A DNA stretch of 64,000 nt from Acanthaster planci (Eukaryota): positions 62,001 through 126,000 of the forward strand of contig NW_019091360.1 of the NCBI RefSeq assembly GCF_001949145.1. The letters are read 5' to 3'. Below, piece after piece: positions 1 through 14,355 of the stretch. The notes beneath the pieces were generated by a model. The model did not search any database, was not told where the DNA came from, and saw only the letters and a program-made list of their open reading frames with translations. Made by a program: the position numbers and the translations under genes. How positions within the stretch are numbered: the first letter of the stretch is position 1; the number at the start of each line of letters is the position of its first letter.

Positions 1-1723
1 CAAATGGGGAACTTAATGAAAGTCCAAATATTCTGATTCATAACTCAATGTCATATACATGTACCTGCTACAAAGTTCAGGGGACATTTTATTTTGGCCC
101 CAGTTTCCGATTTTTTTTTCTGAAGTGCAAAGTGAACTCTTCAAATGCGTCACATGAAGGTGCCACATAATACTCTGGCTCTACATACACTGGCACTTCA
201 GCAGTGCAGAGCGTGCGATGACTTCGACGTGTCAACACCGCAGTGCGGCTTATACCCTGCAGCTGATATGCCGACTTTAAATTTTAATGTGCACATTTTT
301 GCTTGGCGTGGCAATACTCTGTGTGGCCTACATTCCGAAAACTACAGAAAACACATAAGAACCTTTTTATTCAACTAGTATCTTTTTATTCTATATCTAT
401 CCATGCCACACAGTGACAATGAATCGTCTTTCCAATGCTTCTTCTCAACTCGTCATTTCTGTTAATCCAGGAGAATGAAGGAAATAAACATTAAAAACAA
501 GGACACCAGAAACTGAAGAGAAATGAGTGATATTTGTTGGGAGACACTACAAAAATGTATGTGTATTACATTTTTAAGGCAATTTTGCGTCAAGCACTTT
601 CCAAATCTTTTTGGGCAATGCCAGCATCTTCTCACAAATCCTTTAATCCCATGTCAGTAGGTTTCACCATCTTCATTCAAAGCCCCAAACCTTTGTTCGC
701 ATGCGTCAGACCAGGGTAGCACACAATACATATACTATAGGTCACTGGGTCTGATACTCTCCACCAAAAAGTCAATCTCAGTTGTTCTTTTACTGATATC
801 AATCGTTCAAACAATTCAATGAATCAACAAAAGGAGGAGATATCCAATGTAATGAAAATATCCACAGATATAAGAATTCCAAAACCTACGAGGCTGAGTC
901 CCCAAAGATAGTGTTTATCAACACTGACAAGTGATACCACTAATCCTTTAATCCTGTAAATTACACCACAAAAGTAGCTTTTTGTTTGAGATGCTTTTCC
1001 CCTTCCAACTCGGCTCTTTTGTTGCAAACAACCATGGAAAATCTGAGCTGGAGTTGACCTGAATATTCATGGTGTATTGCATTTATGTATGGTGTCAAAC
1101 CCCGGGTTACCCCGAAGTTCAACCCTGAGTTACCGCTGGTCACAAAAGGAATTCTTCCCTAAGTTTGTTGACAATTCTGAAAGGTATTTACAGTCTCCAC
1201 TTTACTCAAGCACCCCTGCTTTGATGCACGGTGTATAGATGCAATGAGGCACTTTGAAATGATCACTGATGTCTCCATCAGTGATCATCAATTGTATTTT
1301 AACAACTGCACAGTCACTTGACCTGTGAATGGCGTACTATGTGCCACTGACAAAAAGTTTGGAGCACCTTTCCTGGTCTTTGATGGCAAACAGTCATTTC
1401 TGGATGCTGCAACCACGCCAGTGAGAGGACAGGGATTCCCTGGACACACAGCCACAATTGTGAAATCGCCTTGTTGGATAAATGACGAAGTTTAATGCAC
1501 AAGGGCAACACATGAAGACTGATACAGAACATTTTCGAAATGAGTGGATTCAGCTTAGACTTTGCTGGTTCTAGCCATTTTGAAGCAGTGTTCTAAACCA
1601 CATGTTCAAGCTCTGACTGGAACCAGCAAAAGTCAAATCTACTGGTTTTGAAAATGCAGCAAAACAAAGACTGAGGGTCAGATGTCACCAACTCCAGAGG
1701 GAGCAATTACTACTACTGACGAT

Positions 1724-2685
1724 CAGTGTTGTAAACCAAGTCATTTTTTTCCAAGTCAAATTTTAGCAAGTTAAGTCAAGTCTTGAGTCAATTTTTCTAA
1801 ATAATGTACATCAGAACTAAAGTTATACCCGTTTGTAATTTCTTTGTTTTGTTCAGTACTTTATTGGTGGTATCTTTCACTCTTCAAGCTGACCGCCCTT
1901 AAATGATAATGACATGGCTTGCCTGTCTTAGTGTTTGTTTGTTGGTTGAACATGCACAATATTCACAATTTTTGAACCCAAAAATCACCACTTTCGGAGA
2001 AGACATGGTGTTCAGTAGCAATGTGTTGGGCAAGGAACAAAATTGGTTCCTGCCGTCATCGTTATCTACGTTCGTGCGGGAACCAGTTATAATAATAATG
2101 TTTGGTGCGCGTGTGCGTGATCTCAGTGCAAGAAGAGAAATCATACTACTGGCATCTAACCAGTGAATTTTTTTTTTTCAAAATGTAATTTCCCCCCCAA
2201 AAAAATATTTAGGGTTTTTCTATTCAAATGTATTGTTGTCCATGCAATAGAATCTGACATAAGAGATTGTGAATTCACTGTTCCAGGTTGGCGCATGGAT
2301 TGGTGATGGTACATGTTGTCGTTTTGCAGTCTTCACGCACCTAGTGGTAAACCACAAACAGTATACAGTTACATGGGCTCTATAGAAAGACCGTTCTTAA
2401 CGATGTAATCAGACCACGCATAGGCCTATGCCCAGGGCCCACACAAACTTCATACAGCTTGCACACGCCATGCGTGACGTATGCATGATGTGCGTTGGTG
2501 CCAGTGGAGGAACGCAATGCGATGCCACACATGCTTCTTTTGTTAGTTTGTATTTTTATTTATTTTAAGAAAAGATTTAATATCAACAAGTCATTTTTTT
2601 TCAAGTCAAGTCAAGTCTCGAGTCTAAAAAATAACGACTTGAGTCCGACTTGAATTCGAGTCAGGGACTCGAGTAAAAAACACTG
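1724..2685. mobile_element. Non-autonomous hAT-type element (MITE)
   Basis: Termini CAGTGTT...AACACTG with clusters of CAAGT/GAGTC subterminal repeats at both ends. Flanks ctgacgat and ctgatgac match at 6/8, consistent with a decayed 8-bp TSD. Confidence 0.75.
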
Positions 2686-4229
2686 CTGATGACATACTTC
2701 CATTTAAAATATATCACTGAAATAAAGTAATGTTTGTCAAGTACGTCAGAAATATAAAAAGTTTAAAAATTGTAATTTTTGGAACAATTTTGTTCAAAAG
2801 TTTCACTTAATTTTTTCAATATTCCTCTAGCTATTTATGGTCTTGGTATATGGTGATGCACATCCTGCATGAGGTTGTGCACAGTGTGCTTTAAGACTAT
2901 TTAAGACTTGCCATGTGACAGCCCCTTGACAAATAAGAATGGCTAAACTGGTTTGGGCACTTGTATGGACAAGAGCGTTTGGATTGTGCAAGTTTTCTCT
3001 TGACATGGTATCTGTTTTTGCAAGTTTGTTTTTGTGAGTTGGCATCAGAGTTGACACATTTCACAAAAGTTTTAATTCAAGCACTGCCACGCAAAACGAT
3101 CTGGGTGCCTAAGTTCCTCTGTGTTTTGCCCGCTACGTCAATCTGTATATAGTCAAAGCATCCAACACTGTCATTTGATTCTAGCTAGTGCCAGTTTAAC
3201 TAATATCATTCCGGCATTAATCAATTATCCCTTTCAACATCCATTTGACAGAAGTAGAAGTCAAAACACAATGCCCAGCTGCAAAATGGTTAATGATTCT
3301 CACTATTTTGTTATTTTGCATGATGTATACACTCTAACTATGCAAGCTCGCAAAACCATTTCATTCAGGAATGTAACTGGTTCACAATTTTAACTTGATG
3401 AAAGTGAATACGCCTCACAAACTGGAATTCACATGCAAGTCTAGTGTCTACTGCACAAGTATATAATAGGCACTGCTTACACAGTGCCCTGTGCTATGTG
3501 GAAATCAAATTGTTGGGCACATGAATTATAGCATGGAGATATGAAAGCACTGTATGTGTGGCTTTATGGCAAATTTGGCCTTCGAAAGTTTTGGTGCACT
3601 AAGTTCCCATGTATTAACCAGTTGGCATTAGACACTCTTACCCCAAAAAGCTGCTGGGGAATTTTTTTCCTGGAAATTCTTTAACCTGGCAACCTAGATT
3701 GACCAAATCAGGCATGACATATTACCATAAAAGGTCAAAAACAAAAACGAAAAAAAAATTCTTAAACGAGTGTACACATCCTCCATTGTGTGTTTACATT
3801 TTAAAAAGAGAGGTCTATTTAAAGATGGTAACACCTGAATAGTAAAGAAAGAAAGAAATCAATATCAAAACTACTGTTCCTGAACCAAGTACAGTTAAAA
3901 CCTGCTGCAAACTGCTTTTTGCTTGACATCATCTTTTAATAATGATAGCACTTTTCCAAATTGAAAGTACTGGAATATAGGTAGTACTTTCATAATGGCT
4001 ATGCAATTTGTTTACATTAGTACAATATCAGTAGAGGGCACTGTGTAAAAACAGCACTTGTGAAAAGGCTCTTATGGGAAAAACTTATGGGGGAAAGGAG
4101 CAGTTGTGACCAAGTACTATAGGTAAAAACATACTTATTGGGCAAAAGGCAATTTTTATAATATTGGGGTAAATATCTCCTTAACATCTTGCTGCCCCAC
4201 TGAGAAATAAATATAAGTATCCCACAAAC

Positions 4230-4343
4230 CTCTTCGGGCATATCCGTGTCAGTGATAGTGAACTCATACTTCTGCCGCTCCTTTTCTTGCTCCCATGACT
4301 CAAGTATCTGCAGGTATTTTGCCATTTCAGTCTCATTGGTAAC
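4230..4343 (-). CDS. CFAP65: CFAP65 exon 10 (VTNETEMAKYLQILESWEQEKERQKYEFTITDTDMPEE)
   Basis: Acceptor cctgtag, donor GAG|gtttgt. 114 nt. Has the W..EK.RQ..EFTITD motif. The donor position is slightly less certain. Confidence 0.85.
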
Positions 4344-5139
4344 CTACAGGAAGTAACATGTGTTTGAAGCAAGGTTACTGATTTGATTGCTCTTCTGTTG
4401 GAATTAAATCGTGCATGCATTCTGAGTGACACTGCCAAAGTATCAGACTCTTAACTTTTAAAATCTTCAGTCACATTTATGCCAATGCTGTGTATCCATG
4501 GGATGTCAGAATGCAATGTCCCATGTCGCTTCTTCCACAAACATTGAAATATACAGTGAGACATCAAAAAAAGAAACAAGTTTGCAAACTTTCACAGTTT
4601 GCATGCTCTGCCTACCTTACACTGCTGATATATGCAGTAATGAGAAGTATGTGAAGAGTTCTTTTTAAAAATGATATATTAAAATGTGAAGACTTTCCAC
4701 AATTATGAAAGTAGACAAGTTAAAGCAGTATACCAGGTCCATGTGTGCCTAATAGACTTCAAATTCGCTTGTTTATTATGTCATATTTTGCATACCTTTC
4801 AAAAATGAATTGGGCAGCCAGAAGAAGGTGAGATCACAAGGTAACGAAATGGTGCTTATTGTGAGTTTTGAAACAAATTCCTCATACAGGGGGTAAGTTG
4901 AAGTTGAGGATAAAATCTCTCAACTTCAACAAAAAGAAAGTAAACCAAAGGCTTTTCCCAATAACCACCAAAAGAGGACATTGTTGGCAGCTTGTGTAAT
5001 AGTTAAAATTTCTAAATCTATCTGTTAATGATTGATTTGTAATTTAAGAATTGTGCAAGATCTGGTTAAGTGTCAATTTCTCTCCATTTGATTAGAAAAT
5101 AACTAAATGTGCTTTGAAACCCAAACAAAGTAACATTAC

Positions 5140-5299
5140 CTCACACACGATATCCAGGTCATAGAATGATGGCTCTCCGATGGCAATAAATGTTACTTTA
5201 CATGTACAGCATTGTGCAGGCTGCAATTCTCCAGTGACAGGTTGAATGTCTATGATCTGACGATGTGTCTCTGAAGTCACATACCACTCAAACGACAAA
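5140..5299 (-). CDS. CFAP65: CFAP65 exon 9 (LSFEWYVTSETHRQIIDIQPVTGELQPAQCCTCKVTFIAIGEPSFYDLDIVCE)
   Basis: Acceptor cccttag, donor GAG|gtaatg. 160 nt, phase 2 in and phase 0 out. Has the SFY..D.VC motif. Confidence 0.88.
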
Positions 5300-6810
5300 C
5301 TAAGGGATAACAAGTCACAATATCTTCATCAACTAAGACAAATCAATTCTGGAACATCCTGTCAAGGTCATTCCATCCTTGAACCTTACCCATTTTATCC
5401 ATGTAGGTACATACAGTTGTGATCAAATTTACACACACTTGGTCTGGACGTGTTTTCATGTAATTACAGTTTTTAGATTTTAAAACTGAAACAATTTCTT
5501 GACAACCTTTCTTTTTCTGCTGCTGATCAGCCAGCACATCTACTTTATTAACATGAACCTATAAGTAATAACACAAATAGGTATTCTGTGAATTTCCGTT
5601 TGATCAAAACAGAAAAGGAATGGCTGCCATGAATATATTAACTCTCTAATGCTGGTATGAAATCATTCAGTTCTCATCTATATTTATTCCTTCATAATTT
5701 TATTATGTGAAATTAATCGATAAAATATTTGATACACTTTATGATGGCCATACCTTTTGGTTATATAAGTACATGTATATGGATTTCATTTTATGCTTTT
5801 ATACATGTACCCTATTTGTCACTCATCTAATTATATAGTGATATTCATAAGACGTTCAGCATAATCTTAACCCCTTTAACTTGCGGTTTTGTGTGAGGAT
5901 TAGTGCATACTACATATACATTCTATTCATCATTTACACCCTGCAGAACGCCGTGTTAGCGTTGTGCATTGTTGGCAATCTCCCTGGTACCCAGCAGACT
6001 AACTCTGTTCGACCATCACAACATCCCTTTGACTGGGGACCAACTAAAGATAGCTGTAACCACACCCAGGACATTTGCCAAACCGACAAGTAAACCACCA
6101 GTGAAATTTGTCGCGTTTGGAGATCCTTGAACTTTGACCAAGCCCTCGTAATAAATCATGCAGACTACTAAGTAAGGTGTGGGAAGTTTTGAAAACTTTG
6201 AACATTTGCAGAGTCAAGAAAAAACTGTTGTTTTCATTTTTTTTTTTTGCTATGTCTTGTTCGATTTTAAGTAGTTTATTACCATATAGTACGGTCTTCC
6301 TTTTTTAACTTCATTACCTTGTTCGTATGTTCAGGCCCTTTTTGACCTAGTTGTGCTGGCAGGGTTCGTTGTGTAAATGTTTATTTCATCTATAAATGTA
6401 TTATAATATAATTTGAATTTGATTTTAAATTTTTTTTATGATCATGTACATGAAATGCAATTCTGCCTTTAGCTGCAATGTTTCTGTCTTTACCAATAAT
6501 AATAATGATGCTGCTGCAGTTTCAATGTGGGCCTGCTGCTGGACAGAGCTTTGCATACTGGGCATACATACGCACAGTAGTGTGGGTCGAGTCTACTAGA
6601 GAATACCTACCCAAACAGTCGGTACATAAGCAAATTTACAATGCACGTACAGCTATTTGCTGAAAAGACTTGATCATCCATGGTGCCTCTTGACCTAACA
6701 CTACGCACTGCGGACACGCTGACATGTTCGTTCTTCTTTTCAAAAGCGACTAGGAATGTCGTAGCCACGTGAGGAGGACAGGTGGGAGAGGACTGTTTGG
6801 GTAGGTAGGG

Positions 6811-7830
6811 GAGGAGGGGAGCAATTGGAACAGAGCATTGCCTCGGCACGACTTGTTCATTGCAATTGCCACGGCCCTCTTTTGTAGCCTCGTCACATAG
6901 ATTTCATCCACTGACGGCAGCAGCTGACCAACAATCCTGGACGCCATCTTCACAACCCGCTGTAAGAGTGGTTCCACCATACCAGACCGTGACGGAGTGC
7001 GTAAGAACGCTCTCCACCACCGACCGATAAAAATTAACCAGCACACGCTGTCCAAAGCCAAAGCTCTTCATCCGATGTAGGAAGAAGAGCCACTGCTGGG
7101 CCTTTTTCATGCAGTGGTTAACTTGTGCTGACCATGTCAGGTCGCTCGCGAGGTGAATGCCCAGGAACTTAAAAATATTGACTCTTTCGACTTCTAAAGA
7201 GTCAACACAGGAAAAATCAAAGTTTTGTTCCGATGAAAATAAACTATCATCTCCTGGGTTTTAACAACATTCAACTCGTGGTTGTTCTCTGAGCACCATC
7301 CCACGAACTCCTCAACCTGACAGCGATATTCACTTTCGTCACTGCATTGAATCAGGCCCACTATAATCGTGTCATCAGCAAACTTAGTTACTATATCATT
7401 ACCAATTGAAACGCAATCATACGTCATCAGTGAATATAACAATGGACTCAAGACACAACCCTGTGGGGCTCCAGTATTCAGTAATCTCGTTACAGAAAAA
7501 TGATTACCAATTCTTACTCGCTGAGGCCTAGCTGTCAAAAAGTCAAATATCTAGTGGCACAGGGCATGAACCAAAATATTCAAATTTACTAATTTACTGA
7601 ACAACTTATGAGGTAGAATGTTGTTAAAAGCAGAACTAAAATCAATAAATAATAATCGAACATAGGACGGTTTACTAATATCAAGATGACGAAAAACATG
7701 GTGAAGTGTAAGTGACACGGCATTATCACATAACCTATTACACTGGTAAGCAAACTGTTGTGGGTCCATAGAATAGGGCAAAACAGATTTCATAAACTTG
7801 AGAACTAAACGTTCAAAACATTTGCCGACT
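6811..7830 (-). pseudogene. Non-LTR retrotransposon RT fragment (Rex/Babar-like, CR1/L2 group), frameshifted and truncated at both ends
   Basis: Motifs [64 protein letters not shown] and LFQLLPS are spread across several frames. Confidence 0.88.
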
Positions 7831-9399
7831 TGTAACTTGTTCGGCAATTTAGTCCACCTGACGCTTGAAATGAGAAAAATGCAGAGGGGGAGTTTTAAGG
7901 GGGTGTGTCAGATTTGCATTTGTAGTAATATTTAGAAATTAGCGAATTTGGGTTTTTGGGTGATTTTTTTACTGTTTGTACCAATCCATTGATTTATTTC
8001 ACATTTTGATTTAACTGCTTTGAAAAAAATCCAAAAAATGATGATCGTTTTTGGTGTTCAAGGAGCAGCTCAAGTAAATTTTCTAGCAAAAATCCACGGA
8101 CCATCGGACCACAGGATGTTGTAACAGAATCACCTGTAAGGCAGTGGAGATCAGGATTTGCAGTTCTCCGACAGAAATTTGAACCCCATTTATTCAGTTC
8201 GAGGATCGAACTCGACAAATTTATTTTGAAGTTAAACTCTCTTCTTTTGAAAATATAATGATGTGACGTGGATTCGAAATATGAACAACACTTGATCATG
8301 CAGCTGCACAGCGACCAAATTGTGAGTCACGGCACCTCAACAAGCTTGCACGTTGTACAGTCATTGTGCAGTTTCTTTACTGCACATAAAAAGGCACTCT
8401 GCCTCGTTGCATAGTCACTGTCCAAACGTTGTCGTTGCACGTAAAAAAAAAACCAATCCAATAAAAAAATGAGGCAAATACTCGTGTATTATTGACATAG
8501 AGATCATCTGCATAAACAGGAGAATAAATATCTGGAAATGGCAAGTTAAACACGGCCATCGCAGCGGACCTCGAAAACAAGTGGATGTGTTTAGTGGTTT
8601 GGGTTATAACATTATCTCTGAAGGGGTGATTATAAGACAGTATACTGTTTTGCCAGTGCTAGCACTTTTCCAGTCTGAAATAATCTCTTAAAATGAACTG
8701 AAATTCTTGAGGTCACCAATTACAACTCTAGATGAATTTTGACAGTTTACAACGTGTTTGAGTTGTGCCGCCAAAAGCGAGTTCACGGATGTTTTTAATG
8801 TTACTTGCTCATATATTGCATGGAGGAATAAAAACATATCGGTAGCTCTTCCAATGAACAAGCACAATTCACCTTTTTTAAATCAGTCAAGTGCGGACCT
8901 GCTCAAATGGTTGTGAGATTTCAACGAATTGCATTTTCCAAAAATCGTCCGGATGAACGGTTTTTGAAAAATGGGCAAAACTCTGCAAAAATTTGTTTTT
9001 TTAAAAAAACGACAACACTTCAGGCAAAAAAATTTACAGATCTTTTGACTTTATTATGTATTTACTTTCCACGTGTACTCATTTTGCAAAGTTGTCGCTT
9101 ACTAACAGTGGCATAGCGAAGGCAGTGTACTAATCTATTAGGCAAAAAAGAACCGATTACGACTAAAGTTAGCAGAATAATCCTTAAAATACTCCAGGCG
9201 ACTAGGCTATACTTTATCTATTTTTTGCTTACAATAAAACACTAAACAGTTTCTCTAAAACTATGTGTACGAAACAATTTTCCACCCATGCAGATCCAGA
9301 CGGGCCGTACCCGCGCACACCCTCAGGCACCAGTCCAATGGCGATTGTTTTGTGCAACTGGTACACTCTCCTTCTACAGCACAAGTGCACGTACATGTA

Positions 9400-10208
9400 C
9401 AGTTGACTCCCGTTATTACGAGGGCCGGCGGACTTTCACAATTCTGTCTTTATAGCCGGAGCGTCGTTAAAATCGGAGCGCAATTTTTCACACTCATTTT
9501 GCACAAGTTTATAGCCATGTACACGTCTGTTGGAATAATGTACAGGTACACCGATACCGCACGCCGAACAAATGAAAAGACGATGTTATGTGTCTCTTAT
9601 TGATGCTGAATTTTATCTTATGTTAATGAATAAAATGATATAAATAAAGTGAATTTAAAAGTCAAATATTTGACAACCTGGATCAGAAGAAGCCGAGAAG
9701 AATAGCCAGGTGAGAAGAAACATTCAAGTCCGTGCCGGTAAGTACCTCACACGTCCTTAGTGTATGCTTTGCTTTCATCATGAATTGGCTAAAACCAGTC
9801 AAAAGAGGGTGCAACTATTACCAGTATGTCCGGGGGCGTAATGTCATTAAATTAAAGATCGGCGAGATGAAACAACATTATATTGAAGTTCTTACAAAGG
9901 TGCATTGATAAGGCATTGACAGACAGGGAAAACGTATGATGCCCAAATCGGGACAAAAGATTTATCATTGACAGCTGCAGATAATACGGTTTGGGAAAAA
10001 AGTCACAGTAAATGGGTTGACCACAATACTTTTACTGGCATGGGGTCCCCACAAATCGTCGTTGTAGGTGGAGTCTCGCAATATTAGTGCACGTAATAAC
10101 CAAATATTTCTCCATAGCAATGAACACAAATTGTTCGGGATTGGGAGAATATGCTCATTGCATCCGGGTTATCAATATGATCGAGCTTGTAATAACGGGA
10201 GTGGACTG
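9400..10208. mobile_element. pogo/Tigger-like non-autonomous element
   Basis: TA|CAGTTGACTCCCGTTATTACGAG ... CTTGTAATAACGGGAGTGGACTG|TA, i.e. a ~23-bp TIR with a TA TSD. Nested inside DIRS copy A. Confidence 0.8.
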
Positions 10209-12622
10209 TACCACGGAGAAATGCATATTGCACAGTAGGCTGCATTCGCGCGTCTACTTGGTATCCGTGTGTGGATGCACGCGCATTACTCTCGGGTCAG
10301 GAGAATACTCCTATCCTGTGTGTCGGCAGGGAGTATACTCTCGCTGACCCTCACCCCACCCACCTGCCGTTCGTGTGCTCAGGAGACTACTCAGTTAACA
10401 CGAATAGCTTGCTCGAATGCAACATTGACGTAAACACACGTACCTTGAACCATGAACCTTGTGTATGTAAGGAAACTGAGTGGGACCATGCGCGGCAATC
10501 GCGACTACTTGGAACTCTCTGAGGTTTAAGTCAAACTGGTGTTCCCCTTACAGAACATTCTGCTACATACGGGAGCATCCATGAATCCCACTCTGACATG
10601 GCTGTGCTTCAGCCTGAACAACAGACCGGGTCGCCTAAAGATGACATCGACTTTGTGGGCGATTTTCCCCTTTCAGTTTCGATATCCTTTCATGACAGTG
10701 ATGCTGATCCTTCTTGGGCCACATCCCCATTGTTTTCTAGATGACCCTTATAGAGGCAGTACCAGGCCACGGAGCCCGCCGGCCATTTGTGCGGTTGGGG
10801 TCTCTGAATTCTGTACACCCTGTCTTCCCGCTACCTTCTGAGAAGACTAATTCTACCCTCTTGGTCCCCCTGCCAGCTCTGGGAAGACCCCCTTGTAGAG
10901 ACAGTGCCAGGCAATGCGGGTACAACACTGCCTGCATCCTGGGCATTGGTACCGCCATGAATCACAAATCTCCCCATTTAGGCTGCGTGTCTGACAAGAA
11001 CATGCCGAGAAAAGAAGGACGAACATGGTGGTATGACGGCAGTGCATAGTGGGAGGTCAAGGGGCACCATGGATGATCAAGTCTTTTCATTAAATAGCTA
11101 TATGCACATGCAAAATTTGCATATATAATGACTGTTTGGGTAGGTAGAGCGCCGTGGACTACACAATTACAAACCATAAGGAAGAAGGCCGAGTAGTATG
11201 GGGCACAATACATTGTTCCATGTTACAGGAGTGTGCATGTGATAGCAAATTCATCTTCAAATCAATTTGATGCACAGTAAAGGTGTTATAGAGGCCTACA
11301 CGCATATGCACAAATGCACCACCTTTGAATTCACTGTAAATTTTGCAGATGTGCATTTGCTTTTAGTGTAAAAATAGTGCAATGCGTTGCATTAGCATAG
11401 CACATTTTGCGAGGTTTGATATGAGCCATCCAACACAGTTATATATCACACTGCTTGTTGCCATGGATTGACCAATCAGAAATAAGAATTCAAGTTTGCT
11501 TGAAGATAAAAGGTGATACAAATAAATAGATTATAGAAATACAGACATGTTTAAAAACCCTGAAGTACTTATTTTTGCTTCAGAATGATTGAAATGTCTC
11601 TAATGGTTGAAGTAAATAGAGACTTAATTTGGCTTTAGATAAAAGAGTTTAGTGTGCATGTTGCAGAAATTGGACCATACAGAACAAAGACTCATGTTTA
11701 TGGAACTTGAGGTTCACGTAATTACTAGAAAAAGCAAAGACATGAAAAATGACTGAACCGAATACATGAAGGTTGGCGTTTGTCTGTAGCATTTATTATT
11801 ATAAACTAAAACTTGTCTCAAATTACTCAAGGCAGCTACATGAACACTCCTACACCTGCAATCAAAAGCTAAGGTAGAAAAAAAATATTAGCTTATCAGT
11901 GTCAGTTTATGTGGGGCAAGTTGAATGATTCTGGTGAACATGTGGCAGAGCTAGAAAATAGATTTAGATTACCAGTTTCCTTGTATTTTTCTGTGTTTCC
12001 CTGTTTATTTACTTTGGCCCTTGCTTCAACCCATATAACTTGCCCTGTGCTCTGACCACATTTACTTTGGAGAGCAGACTAGCAGAGACATTGTTCTTGT
12101 ATTTGTTCTTCTGGCTCCTCACTTGAGTGTACTTTTCTGCCTGAGTCAGGCTTCTGTCTGCTTCTAAAGAGTCAGTGGTGAGTTTCTCACCGTTCTTATT
12201 TCTGTATAGTTATTTTGTGTCTGTTTTATCATTTAGTTAAAACAGTTTTGGCAACCTTTTCCTGATGGTTGTTGATTTCCATTAACTTTCTCTGACAAGT
12301 CTTGAAGTCGTATTGCTGTTTGGAGCTTTGGAGCCTTATAAATTTGCTTTTGGATTTTGCACAATTTTGTCTGTATAATGCCTTAATCCCTAGTTAATTC
12401 TGCTCCAACTTCCTTTACTTCATGTACTAGATATCTTTTGCTGTTTTCTTTACCTTTTTTTTGCTTCAAAGTCTCCTCACTAGATGTATATTGACACATT
12501 GTGTTGATTTTTAGTCCTTTTAAAGTTTTAGTCTTTTGGTATTAAGTCTTTGCAGTCTTTTAGCCATTTTGGTTTTTCCATTTCTCGGGGGGTACTTAAA
12601 AATTCTTTGTGTCCTTTTTTAA

Positions 12623-13248
12623 CCACTTCGCACCAGGGGACCTGCAATTGGGTACCTTAACCACTCCCTGCCAGGAATTCCGGATACGGACACTTATGCT
12701 TTATATGTGTGGCTGGCGTCTCCAAACTTGGACAAAGGGAACAGGGCCTTGTAACAAAAGACCGTACTCGGAACAAAAGACCAGGCTGTGGGCATTACTG
12801 ACATTTTCCCACTCTCAAAAGTGGAGATAATCCAGCCTTGTTTTGAAACAGTATACCACAGTATGGGGCATTTAGAGTGAGCTGATTACCACCGGGGACA
12901 AAAGAACTCCACCTCTGCAGCGATGAGCCACACGGCACCACTGCATGCTAATCTGGCCCATATTGAAAAGAGGTCAGCAGCACACTGAGCCAGGTTCGTG
13001 AACAAAATAAAGTTATATAACACCACACAATCTGGGCTCTCTTTACAAAGTCGCAGGCCTGGCTGAACTACACAGGAGTCAACAGATGTTGCCTGTCAGA
13101 TTAAAGTAACCACCAGACAGTCATTCATTTGGGGTGTACACGTCCAGTAAATTAAGTAATGAATTTCTAAAGAATTTTGAAAATGGAAAATCTTGAAAAA
13201 CACCTGTATTTGTGCATGGCCATTTTAATTGAACCCGGCAGCAAGTGG
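12623..13248 (+). mobile_element. piggyBac-like ~550-630 bp MITE, copy 1 of 3
   Basis: TTAA|CCACTT ... AAGTGG|TCAA. The interior is homologous to 55000-55557 (inverted) and 59815-60366. Confidence 0.7.
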
Positions 13249-13361
13249 TCAAAGTCAAATACTGGTGTCTGCGTCCCTATGAATTCAGTTTCCTGTGACC
13301 TTTCCCTCAAAGATCGTTGTTTTAGTTAGAATTTTTGTAGTTATTTTGCAAGCTTCCCTTA

Positions 13362-14257
13362 GGCGGCAACGTGAAATTGACTTAGTGTTATTCTGTGTCT
13401 TGCCCACGTTCTTCCCAATCAGTTGGGCATTGTCAAGGAGGGCGAGAACACGCGTCCTGCATGGGAGCGTGCACTCAAGCATGGCAGAGTTTAATGAGCT
13501 GAACCAGGGCTGGACCGATCATAGTAAGTGTCATCCAGACAAAGGGAGCTGTAAATAAACATGAGCTGAGGGGACGGCTCATGAATATGAACCACCTGCA
13601 CACAGAAAGACGGGCAACTCAAAATCACAATTAAAAGATTTTAGCGACAAACTATTCCATCTATCTCGATGGTTTACGATGATAAATCTGTAGACCTGTG
13701 ACTGTTTTCAATATTTAGCTATAGTACCACCACCCTGGTTGCCGTCTTCTGGGCAGTCACCCTTGTGTAGTTCCACTGTAATCATTGACTAGTGTACGTT
13801 GCAAACTCAAATAGGCTATTCAGAATTATTTTATTTTCGCTCTGGTTTATTTCAAATTAGTAGAAGCAGACAATTGAGTTGAAGCATGCTTTCACAAAAT
13901 CATAATACATAAAAATAACTTGCTTACTGCACTTTCTGCCTAAAGATTTAAAAGCTGTAAAGCAAAAAAACACAAGGTTCAGAACAAGCCCCCAAATCAT
14001 TTCCCCATTGTTCAGACAGGAACTAAGCAGCCACGGTTTTTAGTTCGTTCACCCCTTGGACTGACTCCACACACCGACTTCAGTGGACTATTCATATTTA
14101 AATTAACCTTCCTGCCACTGAGGCTGGCCGGCGCCCCCGCGGAATCTCGGGTGTATTAATTTATTGTTATTGCCAGGGGCTCTTTTGTTAACTTAGTCCT
14201 CAGGATCCTGAGTTTTAGACGTGGGGCGGAACAGTCAGTCAATTTCACGTTGCTGCC
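13362..14257. mobile_element. Non-autonomous element with TTA TSD and GG..CC ends (PIF/Harbinger- or Zator-type)
   Basis: TTA|GGCGGCAACGTGAAATTGACT ... AGTCAATTTCACGTTGCTGCC|TTA, i.e. a 21-bp TIR with one mismatch and a 3-bp TSD. Confidence 0.78.
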
Positions 14258-14355
14258 TTAGCGTGCCATTTTTTCACACTACAGACACACTCTAGTTTCA
14301 TCGTATTTCCTGAGGAGTCTTTATTACTGAATACACTACACACATCACTACATAC

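Larger units (their letters stand above)
6570..11159 (-). mobile_element. DIRS-type retrotransposon shell (copy A): inverted terminal repeats kept, interior deleted or invaded
   Basis: About 6604-6740 is the reverse complement of about 11007-11147 (tacctacccaaacagtc...gaaaagacttgatcatccatggtgcc). The termini are homologous to the other DIRS copies, and a partial ICR arm lies at 6791-6807. No intact DIRS coding domains are seen. Confidence 0.7.

Noticed and set aside
1314..1532. Possible further CFAP65 exon downstream of 4230
   Set aside because: I found no recognisable similarity to the expected next CFAP65 segment and no convincing splice pair. A poorly conserved exon in 1-4229 cannot be excluded.
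11950..12600. Purine-rich, Lys/Gln-rich minus-strand stretch resembling an old L1/Tx1 ORF
   Set aside because: Many stops and no diagnostic motif, so it cannot be assigned.
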